A stretch of 64,000 bases of DNA from Mytilus californianus (lineage: Eukaryota): the NCBI RefSeq assembly GCF_021869535.1, contig NW_026262745.1, positions 85,064,001-85,128,000 of the forward strand, given 5' to 3'. Positions 13,773 to 26,200 of this stretch are shown here, piece after piece. Position numbers and translations under genes: made by a program. The notes below the pieces were generated by a model. That model made no database searches and was not told the DNA's origin. It was given only the letters and a program-made list of their open reading frames with translations. The stretch's first letter is position 1. Each line of letters opens with the position of its first letter.

Positions 13773-14771
13773 ATCTTTTATTTCATTCGCATAACGAAGA
13801 TGGTCTAAAAGGGAATTCTGATACTGGAGACATAACGTTTTATCTAATGTCCTTTTCTGTAAATCTTGAAGACTCTGTTTTACTTCACCTACATTTCCAC
13901 ATACGGATGCTATTGCCGTCAGGTTATTTTCTATTTCATAGAAAACTTGTTTGTAATCTGCATCAGACATTCTTGCTTCTTGAACATGACCGTATTTTAT
14001 GTTTCGTATTTCAGCTAGATCTGTCACACTTTTCCGCAATGGACAACAGTACTGAAGAATTATTCCTTGTAAGTTTAAATCTAAATGATGAATACAAATC
14101 CATGGTGTGGCCGATACAGAACATATACTGGTCGTTCCCTTATATGAACGTTTTCTGTCGTTTGCACAAGGTAATAAAAGAGACGAAAACATCTTGTTCC
14201 ATTCTAATTGATTGATCTGAGGTCGATCACATGGAAATACGAAACCTAGTGGACACTGACAGCAATTGGTATTATGATGCATGAGGTGGTATATAGTATG
14301 CTTGTTTGCGTTCAGGAAATCTTCCAGAGTTGTTCGTTGGAATGTTAAGCAGCTGTACCAAAAGACCTCATGACAAAAGTTTGTAAGGATACATCGTGCC
14401 AACGATATATCTAGCACATTCGTTGATATTCTCGTTTGTGCTAAACTACAACATACTGGTGGCAGTGTTCTAAGTTTCACAATACGGCCATGACAGGTTA
14501 ATTTGGGTGATAATTTGTCATATAAAAGTTCTAGCTGGGCTGGATATATAACACGAACTGATGGTAAAATATAAGAATGAACACACTGACAGCATTTACC
14601 TCTATTGTAACATAAATGGTAAGCTTCATGTCGGTTTTTATTGAGAAATTGTTCAAATGTTAAGCTTTTGTTCTGAAGATCTAAATCAACCAATGCAATC
14701 AAAGATGTCTTCGTATGATCGACAATTAAAATGGCATTCTTTAAAAAGTTTTCTTGCTCCTTCTGTGTCAT
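13773..14771 (-). CDS. Coding exon 1 of HEPN-coiled coil-nSTAND3-ankyrin gene: DZIP3-like HEPN domain with duplicated Cys/His-rich module
   Basis: Acceptor TTAACAG before 14780; ATG at 14771 (MTQKEQENFLKNAIL). HEPN motif R-N-I-K-Y-G-H at 14006-13986, preceded by LDISL..IL.N.C. Phase-0 donor GAT|GTAAGT at 13773/13772. 333 codons. Confidence 0.8.
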
Positions 14772-14899
14772 TTTTCTCACCTGTTAAAATAAACACTTTT
14801 GTAAAAGCTTTCGTATAATTTATATATAGGTACATTTTCTTTTCAAAATTTCTCCTGTGAAGTCATTTTTAAAAGTATTTGAATCTTAATATCAATTAA

Positions 14900-15426
14900 T
14901 CTAATATCTATTATGGCTTCTGCAAAAAATGGATACAAATCATCTTTATTTACAAATTCTCTCTATCTATAATGGTTTCTGCAAAAAATGGATTCAAATC
15001 ATCTTTCAGGGGCAAAAACTTCCCTAGGCAGTCAATTGACAATTTTTGCTAAGTTGATCAACTCAAATATCTGTTTTTGCTGCTTATTTTGTTCACCGAT
15101 CTTTTTAAATCCTGTTTTTGGTTCTGGTGTTGGTTTGGTTTATGAGCATGATGAGATATAAGCCAAAAACTGCATTTAACTCTGTATGTTCCTTTTTATT
15201 TAAACAGCGGCCTTGTTGGTTGGCGGATCCGATCCCCGGATACCATTTTATTCTAGATGTCACAAAAAAAAAACATCCAGATAAGGGTTAATAATATTTT
15301 GCCTAATAGTTTCAGAGGATAAGATTTTTTTTATAAAAGTTTACGAAGACTGACAGACAGAAGGACGACGACGAGAAGAACCAAGTAATGAAAAAAGCTC
15401 ACATGGTCTTTAGACCAGATGAGCTC
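14900..15426 (+). mobile_element. HINE-like (Helentron-associated) non-autonomous element remnant
   Basis: ~60-bp internal direct repeat (CTGCAAAAAATGGAT.CAAATCATCTTT), GAC(A/G) microsatellite, 3' hairpin AGCTCA..TGGTCT TT AGACCA..TGAGCT at 15396-15425. Confidence 0.6.
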
Positions 15427-15849
15427 AATAGCAAAACAAATAACTAACAAAAATACTAAAGTCGCAAAGTGCCAGTCTGAGAATAGTTGCGTTTTCCAAG
15501 ACAGTGCAAGTATCAACTTATAAAATATGATTATATCTCAAATCTTTTAAACGAAAAACGAAAATGTTATTACAAAGTATAACTAGTACTGAATATGCTT
15601 TAAATAGGTATACCGTATAATGGTAATTAAAATCAAACTGTTTAATTTTTTGTATAAAAAGAACTATAATTATAGATAAATTTAAATGAAATTTACACTA
15701 GTTCGGCTAATTTAAGTAAACAAATATACTTGTTCATGTATCTTTCACATGTTTCAAGGGAGCTGATATTTTTGTATTCCGATAAACCTGATATAGTGGC
15801 AAAAAATGGCATTGATTGGAATCACAATAGTTTTACAAATTTACAAATA

Positions 15850-16090
15850 TATGAAGGATTCTGGTACTGAGATGACCGATTATGTCAAGTTCGAAGTATG
15901 AGTCGTCTAAAATAAGGCAGAGGAAGCCTAGTATCTTGTTTCCTTAATGTCTAGTATATTAATGGAATCCGAACAGAAAAGTTTGGATTGATAACGCAGA
16001 GAACATCATCAACCATGACAATATATCTCAATGTGAAATTAAATACAATATGGCTTCTTTGATCTTCTTGTTTTTGACAACAGACATTTC
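15850..16090 (-). pseudogene. Penelope-like element reverse transcriptase fragment
   Basis: Degenerate translation VKNKKIKEA...RYI..DDVL..INP...DIKET...ELDIIGHLSTRI matches the FRYIDDVLSxNN/IYPxELEIKET pattern I recall for bivalve PLE RTs. Confidence 0.6.
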
Positions 16091-16285
16091 ATAATGGAAT
16101 TCTCAAATATCGATAATCACCCATCAATAAAGAACCTTAATTGTTACATTTTGTACTAGTTGCTCAGTTTGATGATGACTCTTTTTGCGCAAACATACAA
16201 GTACCTTTAGCCTCCCGAAAAAATATAATTTCTTCCTCAAAAAAGACAAAGAATGATATTGTAATGTACATCCATTTTCCTTATA

Positions 16286-16322
<37 letters not shown>
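16286..16322. repeat. (CT)n microsatellite
   Basis: Directly visible ctctctct run with one interruption. Confidence 0.95.
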
Positions 16323-16323
<1 letters not shown>

Positions 16324-16959
16324 ATTAAATGAAATTGGTATCTTACCGTTTGCTGCTCTGGTGTCTTCTTCTTAATCTAAGACTAGAATGAGCTGGTGAC
16401 CTATGATAGATACAATGAGTATATTAATGAAAAATAACTAAATAAAAGATAGATCTGAGCACATAAAATTTAGTTTTGGGAAGCCTCTTTTTATTTTTCA
16501 TAGATTAAGCTGTTTTTGTTAATCTTTAATATGAGGTTACATACCAACAAATTTACACAGTAAAAATAAATCCCATAGTTTGCCATTTGAACAAAGAAAA
16601 AGCAGCAAGCTGATTTAAAACATACATATGTTTCTCCCTGTGTTGTTTTAAAAATTTCTGAACAAATAACATACATGTCATAACTTACAGATCGTCATTT
16701 AAACATGTTTAATACCATTATCTATATGCAGCTTTGTATTTTCTTTTCAAACGGGATGTATAGAGACACACACACGTTCATTTTTATCTATAAAGAAGTC
16801 ACTCCTAACTATCCTACTACCTGTCGATACATTTATTTTTGGTATAGCACAAGTCATGTCTTCTTTGACTGTTCATGACGTTGAAATACTAAATCCCTGG
16901 GATGTATTTTAGTTGATTTTAGTCTCTGATGCATGATTTTTTATTATTAATTGTTTTGG

Positions 16960-17975
16960 CTTTTAACTAGCTGTCAGTAACTGCGAGTACTCTCAAATCG
17001 TACTTTCTTTTTATTTTGACCTGTTGATACTATTTGTAATGCTTTTTTGTTATTTACTGTTAACATGGATCTTGTCTATATACCAGCTTTGATTATTTGG
17101 TATTTAATTTACTACAAATTTTCACTTCTTCGTACTATGAACATCAAAATTATTTCATTTTTCCTTAGATGCTGTTCTTGGACCTGTACAGGAAGTTTTA
17201 TCTAGCACTAATTGTATATTTTTATTGTTGATATTCACCCCATATGTGCCAAGTGTAATATTAGTTTTATTGATATTAAAGAAATTTCTTGGTATTCCTA
17301 AACGGAAGATTTTATACACACAGAAGAAGAAGTATACTTAACAATAAAATTATTTTCATTTACCTGTGTATAATATGACGCAGGTTTCTTCAAAAGTGAT
17401 GATTTTCTAAAAATTGTTTGAAATTTCACAGTGATATCATACTTTAACTTTGTTTAAACCTGTTTATTTACTTTTGACTTTAATTATTTATCCCTTGTAA
17501 TTTTTTATTAACTGTGTATTTGCATTCAGTGTCACAGGTCAAATTTATTCGTTCATTGTGTGTTAATTTACGTTTTTTGATTGAGTTAAGCCTTCCAATT
17601 GATATTTTATAGTGTGTTTTTCTATGTTGTGATGTTATACTATTGTTTCAGAAAAGGGAAAAGGTTTGGTACCATTAAATCGTTTAATCCCGCTGCAAAT
17701 GTTTGCACCTGTCCTAAGTCAGGAATCTGATTACAGTAGTTGTCGTTTGTTTATGCAGTTCCTACGTGTTTCTCTTTTTTATATAGATTAGACCGTTGGT
17801 TTTTCCGTTTTAATGGTTTTACACTAGTCATTTTTGGGGCCCTTTATAGCTTGCTGTTCGGTGTGAGCCAATGCTCCGTGTTGAAGGCCGTACCTTGACC
17901 TATAATGGTTTACTTTTATAAATTGTAACTTGGATGGAGAGTTGTCTCATTGGCACTCATACCACATCTTCCTAT
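16960..17975 (+). repeat. Long copy of an abundant bivalve interspersed repeat
   Basis: Begins TTGGCTTTTAACTAGCTGTCAGTAACTGCGAGTACTCTC, contains CCTGTCCTAAGTCAGGA, ends GTTGTCTCATTGGCACTCATACCACATCTTCC. Confidence 0.7.
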
Positions 17976-19279
17976 ATCTATTGGCTTAAAATTATGCTTT
18001 TTTTATTTGTCCTTTGTAGGCTGTGCCTAAAATTTGTTGCCATGTTATGCTTTCGGCTTCATTTAACAGCGGAATCAATTCAAATATTGATCGAATGAGT
18101 ATAAAATGTATCTATGGATAAGGAGTTTTAGTATGTACATGTTATTACAACATAAACCAAAACGGATATGGACTGACAAGAAATACTTCAACGGCATTTA
18201 GTCTTTGCTTGAGAATTTATCTTTTGCAATCTAACCACATCTTCTTTTTTGTGTAATGAAGATGTAAGCTAAATAGTTAATCGTCCGCTCACTGGAGTTT
18301 TTCTTTTGCACACAACTAAAAAATATGTTCAAACTCGGAAATATAAAATATTGAGGAGACGCCTTCCTTTATCTCAAGAAGAAACCTAAATATACCAATT
18401 TTAGTTTGTACCTTATAATAGATATATTAATGAGTTGCAAAAAACATATATGAATTAGCGAGAAAACTGGTTTGAAAATTAAATATATACTGGAACACAC
18501 ATTAAAACAGTCATAATTTACCAACCAGCGTCCAGATCGTCACTTTTTTTTTTCGTGTCATTTAAACAGTGGTTGTTGTTTTCATTAAAACAGATTTATC
18601 ATAGTTTGTACTTATGTTATAATATGAATCTTCTTCTAACAATCATATTCACCCAAAGATATTTCCTTGCAAACAATATTTTTGAAAAAAAAAATGTCTG
18701 ATGTGTATGTCAGTTTTAAAATATGGCTTAAAAAGAAACACAGTTGTTAAAGATTTCAGTACTAGGAGATTTTAGTGAATATGAAATACATGATTTAGAA
18801 TTAATATCAGAAGTTAATTTCGATAAAACATAAATAATAACCACAGGAAATAAAGAAGTTCGCAATCTTCTACTATAGTCTTAGATAAGAACATATCATT
18901 TAAGATGACTCGATAAAAAATCTGTAAAACACAACATTTTTTTTCGAATTTAGGGTTTTCCTTTGAATGGATTACATTTGTCCTGTCTGAACCTTTTATA
19001 TACAATATACGTGTTGTTCATTGTTGAAGACCATACGGTGACATATAATATATATCAATCCACGTTTTTTGGACTCTGTTGGAAAGTTGTCTCAATGGCA
19101 AACATACCGCATCTCCTTATCTTATGTGTTATACGATTTGTCTGAATAGAAAATGCATGTGAAATACAAATGTTGGCCTGCATTTCTAACTATGATTATT
19201 AATAGGTTATTTCGGACTGATAACTGTCGAAATAACTTGATGCAGTCAATTTGTTCTTGTGAGTATCAAAAAAAGAAGA

Positions 19280-19815
19280 TGTGTTATTATTGCAATGAGA
19301 CAATTCTCCCCCAAGAGACTTAATGAAATGGAAGTTAACAACTATATGTCACCGTACGGCCTTCAATAATGAGCAAAACCTATGCCGTATAGTCAGCTAT
19401 ATAAGACCCCGAAATGACAAAATGTAAAACAATTCAAACGAGAAAACTTACAGCATAATTTATGTACAAAATAATGAACGAGAAACAAATATGTAGCAAC
19501 AAATGACAACCACTGAATCATGTGAATTATAGACTCCTGACTTAGGACAGGCACATACAGAATATGCCGGGGTTAAACTAGTTTGAAGGCACCAACCCTC
19601 CCCTTACCTGGAACACTGGTGTAACAGTATAACATACGAACAAACTATAAGAATCAGTTGGAAAGGGCTTAAATCATCAGATCAATAGAAAACAGATTAC
19701 ATCAAACAAAAACACAGACCGGACGTGGCAGTGTACTTATACATTTCCACAACAAAACAGACTACAAATGTAGGTCTGAGAGTACTTGCAGTTACTGACA
19801 GCTAGCTAAAAGCCA
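19280..19815 (-). repeat. Second, inverted copy of the same repeat family
   Basis: Reverse complements of both terminal motifs of the 16960-17975 copy (GAAGATGTG..ATGAGACAA at 19280; GAGTACTTGCAGTTACTGACAGCTAG..AAAAGCCAA at 19780-19815). Confidence 0.7.
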
Positions 19816-20084
19816 ATAATAAGGTCCATTTTGCTCATAAAGCTCCTAAAGTTTACAAGTTTTTGTATATGCTTTTGGGTTTAGGCGTGCCTAATGAATG
19901 TGTTTCGGATGCAACACATTGATATTGTGTTATTTTCATTAATAACAGGTCAATGTGTTACTGGTACTAAGATATGTGTTTAATTTAGATTCATAATGAA
20001 AATAAAAGGTGAATAAATTATGAAGATATAATAATAACATCGATTTTAAAATTAATAGAAACATTTTGAGCTATGCCATACAAT

Positions 20085-21345
20085 AATGATTTGATTTTGA
20101 TTTTTGGTGTTTTATCGCCACTTTCACTACAAAAGTCCAAAAGTCTGAAAAGACCAATTGTTGTCCTAATTTGCATGAACAATTACTCGACATTCTCCAA
20201 AAGTATGACTTGTGTCTTAATTTTTCTTGACAAATTCTAATTTATATTAAATTTGTATGAAATTTACTCGACAAATTCTCGACATTCTGAATATGGTCTT
20301 AAAATTTCTTAACAAATTCTTGACATTTGAATACTGTCTTGAAATTTCTCGACTGAGTCTTGAAATTTCTCGACATATTCTCAACATTCTTATTTTTTCT
20401 CAGTATGGCTTGACATATTCTGAACATTTTGAATTGTGTCTTAAATTTACTTGACAATTCTGAGTTTTACAAATCATGACCAGTATACATGATATAACTT
20501 TATCTTTATTTCTTTTTATATAATATACTGTTATTTCAAGTTTCACTTATTACAACAAAACAAAATTTGGGCATGTAAATATTTTTATAATTAACAATTT
20601 GGGTATATAAATATATTGATGAATACAAATGTGGGTATGAAATTTGAAATATTAACAAATATGTTGATATAAACCAATTTAAATGTAGGTTTGTGAATAA
20701 TTACAAAAGTTGATTCATAAATCTTATAAATAATTTCTAAATGATTAAAACCAATCATACTGTAGACATTTCATTCTTCATGCATAATATGCAATGTTAA
20801 TATAGTAAAAAACAATTATTTTACCAAAATGTGTCTTTTATTAATTAGCAAAGTATTATTGTATCCTAATTCTTCTAAGTTTAGTTTAGCGAGGATAAAA
20901 ATTGAGTATATGTATAACAGCAAAAGAAATTGGTCGAGACTAATCAAGACTCTTATCAGATGATACAAAAAGTGTCGAGAAATTTTAATACAATGTTAAT
21001 ACTGTCAAGACATTTGTCAAGAAAAATTAAGAACTTCATTAGACAAATTCATACTTTGTTAAGATTTTTTATTAAATAATTCAGAGACAAAGAAAGAATG
21101 TCGAGTAAAAATTCATGCTAATTCAGACAAAAATTGGTCTTTTCAGACTTTTTGACCTTTAGTGTTTTAAGCACCGCTTTTGGCTATTTCGTGGCGGCCA
21201 GGTTTTATTGGTGGAGGAAGCCGGAGTGCCCGGACAAAACCACAGACCTTCGACAGGAAAACTGACAATCCTATTCAATTAAGATTGGAATCGAGTGCAC
21301 CTGCACGAGCGGGGTTCGAACTCACAACCTCAGTGATGACTGCTA
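20085..21345 (-). mobile_element. tRNA-derived SINE (V-SINE/RUDI-like core) split by the CACTA element
   Basis: B-box GTTCGAACCC and core GGTTTTGTCCGGGCACTCCGGCTTCCTCC at 21165-21345; 3' end AAAGTGGCG..AACACC plus (ATCAA)n tail at 20085-20124. Confidence 0.75.
20125..21164. mobile_element. Non-autonomous CACTA/EnSpm-type element
   Basis: CACTA...TAGTG termini. ~65-bp imperfect TIRs sharing AAAAGTCTGAAAAGACCAATT. Repeated subterminal CTCGACA motifs on the left, TGTCGAG on the right. TTT on both flanks. Confidence 0.8.
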
Positions 21346-21439
21346 CCAAAGCCCCTACCATACAATATTTGATATCTGTGGGATCGATGTATTTATAATA
21401 CAGGAGACATTCGATATTTCACTGAGTATACTTATTCAC

Positions 21440-21600
21440 CGTTCCTATGAAGCAGGATTCATAACAGAAAGAAGAAATGCACACGCATCTTGCAAGGGTC
21501 GCTAATTTCACTTTCAGATATACTGATGATGGCATATCACTCAACAATATCTCAGTGAGTACTTGCAACTCATATATCCAGTGAACTGAAGCGTAAGTAG
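21440..21600 (+). pseudogene. Penelope-like RT fragment
   Basis: YEA.FI...HLARVANFTFRYTDDGISLNN, a degenerate (F)RYIDD motif. Confidence 0.6.
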
Positions 21601-22178
21601 AGAGACCAGAATAGTTTATTTTGTCCGCCATTTTGTTTTCCAGTTGACAATTTTACTAATATTCAAAGAAATTGAAATATTATTTTCTTGTTGTTCCCGT
21701 ATATCCTAAGTGTCATTATATTGTTAAAATGAAGGATGAAAGGTTGTGTTTTCTATTATAATAAACTATTTTGATTACTTGTAGTAATAAATTTTCATTT
21801 TCAGGCGAATTCGCGATGTTTTTTCAAAAGAACGTCATCCGCGGCACGCATTTCGAGCAGGGATAGCCCTCTTCAAACTGAAATAGAAATATGTTCCTGA
21901 CGTCATATCGATCTAATTTTGTTATCCAATGAAAGAGCAGGGTTTCTTTTTACTTTTGGTACCAGTCAAATTTCATCTTCCGGTTTCTATGACCTTGCAA
22001 TTTCAATAACAAAAGTTCAAGTCGAACATTTACCAGATTAAGTAAGAATTTTACTTTTTTGACCGAGATATTTTTAATCTTCAATATTTTATCTTTAAAA
22101 TGATCTAAATCTCTCCTTAAAATTTAACCGGGAACATATTTCTTTTCAGCGTCGAGTAATAACAGTGCCTACGTGAAA

Positions 22179-22272
22179 ATGTCCAGTGAACAGGAATGTT
22201 GGAAACGGCTGTCGGAGTTCAACGTTAATCGTGAAACAGTGGTCGCTTTGTTGAAGGACGAGAATTATACCG
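22179..22272 (+). CDS. Putative exon 1 of a large DDE transposase
   Basis: ATG at 22179 (MSSEQECWKRLSEFNVNRETVVALLKDENYT). Phase-1 donor G|GTTAGT matches the phase-1 acceptor TTTCAG|AT at 23212, giving NYT-D-GWSLEK. Confidence 0.6.
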
Positions 22273-23211
22273 GTTAGTTCTCATATTTAATGCTTTTAAC
22301 TTTTTTTAAGCTTTAGAAATTAGGAAAATAAAAGAATTTGAATAACGATAAAGCAAATAAATTGGGGCAATAGGGGGTGGGGCATAGATATAAATGTAAG
22401 TTCATCGTGAAAAAGGAACCGATATAGGGAAGTTTCAATGAGACTTAAGTGTCAGGTCAATAAACAAAGGGTTCTGGTTCATTTTTTAGCAAAGATACTA
22501 ATAATGTTATAGTTTATCGGAAGCTTGTCACTGATTATAAGATAATTTCTAAAATTTAAACCTAGATCATGCACATGTTACTTTAATATACCTATCTTTA
22601 GGTAGAGGAAATTCCTTACATAAATATGTTTCAAATTTAGCAACGGATATCCAATCCACACTTGAACAGGGTGTTTTTATGTTAATTTTTACATAAAATT
22701 AAAAAAAAATAATACTGCATCATTTTAATAAATGTATGAATCATGTTCCATGGCATTAGAACCTTTTCTTTGTGGTCCCTTCTTTGTGTTTTTCAGCTTA
22801 ATGGATATTTAGAATTGTTCGAACATCTAGAATGTCAGCAAATTTGGATGATGTAGCCTCTAATAGATGTTGTATTGCTGGATGATGAAACTATATGAGT
22901 GAACTCATTGCTTGACAAGTCAATATATGATAATGCCATACCATCGTAGAAATAGAAACCATACTTATCTCTTACCATCACCAACCAATGATCATGATGT
23001 CATATTATTTTCACCATCGCTGGACGATGACAATTTAGACCATGGTATATTTGTAACACGTACCTGATGAAATAATAGGTGAGGTATTTTAAACAGTAGA
23101 ATGTTTAACAAATGGGCACATATGTGGGGTATATGTTCATGAGACAGCAACAGATTAACTGGCAAAGTTTTTAATATACTTGTTTATTTTTGGGTACGAT
23201 TATTATTTCAG

Positions 23212-26200
23212 ATGGTTGGTCGTTAGAGAAATTAAAGAGCCCAATTTGGAAAGAATTTTATTTCTGGGATGCAGTCATTAAAGTTGTTGAAGAAGAAGAA
23301 GAAATGTCAATTAAAGAGAACTTACCAATAGCTTTTAAGAACTTTGATATTTTAATTACTTCTGTGTCATCTTTTGTAAGAAAAATTAGAAACAGAATGG
23401 CTCTGATTTTAAAACGCATTGATGTTACTTTAGGTTATGATGTAGTTTTTGGAAATGAAATTTTAGTGAAGTAGGGCCCTATTGTATGAAATATGGTATT
23501 TCATTACAATGGTTAAAGAACCCCTCTAAGTTGGAAGGTATTTTGAATTTACCAATTGGTTTAATTGTAGAGTTACGAAAACTCAGACTCCGACACAATT
23601 TCACTTTTAAAGATTTTTCTGTTTGGATAAAATTAATGTTGGGTCTCGATTATTGTCCTGATGTCGGTTTTTTGAGGAGACAAATGGAAAGTTTTTATAA
23701 AAGGCAGCTAGCTCTATCTAAAAACAGTAAAATAGATCAAGACATGTACTTGGATAGTATATATGTACCCCCCCCCAAAACCAAATATAATGCTACAGGG
23801 AAAAATGAAGGTGAAGGCCTTCAACAAAGGCGTCCTTGTTTAAACACTGTAGATGGAGAGAAATGTATGTTGAAAAAGAATGTACAAAATCTTGAAAACA
23901 AATTGAAAATTGCTAGGCATGCAAGAATGAATGCAAATTTAAAATTAAATGAATTAAAGAAGAGCAATGTGAAACTGAATAAAAAATATGCTACATGCTG
24001 TATAAAACTGTCCAACTTTTCTACAAGAAATGTAAATAAAAAGCTAAAGCGGAGGCAAAAGAAAATACAGTTTCTTCAGTCAGAAAATAGCAAACACATT
24101 ACAGAAAAAAAATTAATAAAACAGAAGTCAGAAATAAGCAAACAAATTCATAAACAAACATCATCACTATTGAAATATTACCGCGACAAGTATAGAAATT
24201 TGAAAAAAGCTAAAGTCACTCAAAATTTAACACAAAAAACATGCAACAAGGAAAACATTGAGGTTTCTTCACTTAGAGAGAAAGTTTCATATTTAGAAAA
24301 TGAAAATTTTATTCTCAAAGATGAATTGGAAGAACTTTCACAATCAAAAATGGTCACTACATTTCATGAAGGTAAATACACAGATGATGTACGGGAGGTG
24401 TATGCTACATTGTTATCTATGAATGTAGGCGTGAAAAACATAGAAAATGTCATGAAAACAGTTTTAGAAAAACTTGGAGGTTTAAAAGTAGAAAGGCTTC
24501 CCAAAAAAACCTTTGCAGAATATATGATGATTGAAGCTAAGGCATTAGCTCAAATTCAAGCTGCAGAAGCTATGTTAAATAGTAATTTTAATACGTTACA
24601 TACAGATGGGACAAAACGTATGGGTGGGGAATTTGGGGGGCTTCAAGTTGGTACCGATTCCGGGCAACTCTCTTTAGGTATTTCGGAACTTGTGAGTGGC
24701 AATACCGAAAGCTTTTTAAAAATGATTGACCAAATTTTAAGTGATATGGGTAGTTTATTAGAAACTGATTAGGATATAGCTGTAAAGAAGGCAAAACTAC
24801 TTTTGTCAGTCAAAAATTTAATGACAGATCGTCATATTGTAAATACCTGTTTGAAAAATTGTTTAGAAAAAATGCGTTTTGAGTGTATACCGGAAGATGG
24901 GGATACACCGGAGAAAGTTAGAAAAAAAGTTGCTACATTAAATGGTTCTAAATGTAATTTGCATGTTATTGTAAAGTTTGCTTCCCAGGCAGAAATTGGC
25001 CTTAAACAATGGGAAAAAAATATTTCGAATTTAGATAATGTTGAAGATAATAATGTTAATTTTACTTATAATCAGTCAACAACTGATTTTATTAGAGCTT
25101 GCTGCAAACTTTGTGTACCAGGTGCTGATGAAAAGTCTGGTTACGGTTCATTGTTTCGAACATTTTTGAGTGATAATAACATTGATCTTAAGTTGACCAC
25201 TTTTCACGGTCATCGTATTAATTTGCTTTTTGCTATGGGTGCATCTGTGTTTTTTCACAAAGATAATATTTATGAATTTATTGATTTGTATTTTGAAAAA
25301 GAGAATAGACATAATTTATTAAAAGCTGTTGCTAATTATGTTAAAAATCCAATGTATTTGGATGGTTGTCGAGCTTTTGGAATAGTTGACAAGTTATTTA
25401 CTGGTCCTTTGTGGCGTATTATAGAAAATGCAGATCATATCTTAGATTTAAATCAGGTGTGGGAACAATTTAAAGGGTTTTTAGAGATTTATTCTCAAGA
25501 TGCTACTGATTTAGTACAAGGAAAAATATTGTATAAAAACTATACTAATATTGATGAAATTTTTGGTTGTTTATTTGCTGTTGAAGACGAAGAACACAAC
25601 ATTCTTACTACTGAAGCTCTTCAAATTATTTTATTAAACTTTCAGTTCATTCTAGAGAGACAGTTAAGTGACTGTCTTCCTGGAGGAATATTAAATGAAA
25701 AAACTGATGGGATTGATATAAATTTAAGAGAACAAAGCAAATCAGTTGCTACTACCAATATTATTTCGGAAAGAGATTTTGCAAATTTAGACAGGCTTCA
25801 AAGGGAAAAACCAAATGCCAATTTAATTGCACTGGAAGGTATTATTTTGTTTGCTAACAACAAAACAGTTAAGTGGTTGAATAATTTAGAAAGTGAAAAA
25901 AAATCTGAATATTTTAAAATAGCAAGACAACGTACACCAGAGATCATTAAACAGTTTAAAGAAAGAAAGATTGAAATAAAAAATCAACATTTATTATTAC
26001 TTAAGAAAAGAGAGGCAGATAAATTAAAAAAACAATTGCAAAAGCAGCAAGAAATTGAAAAAATTTCAAAAGACATTCAGAACATAGGTGGTCTTTGGCA
26101 AAATATTGAAGACATTAATAAATTTTTAGTTAACTTAACTCAAAATGAAAAGATTGAAGCGGTAAAAACTCAACTTAAGTTTAGGAAAAAAGTTTTACAC

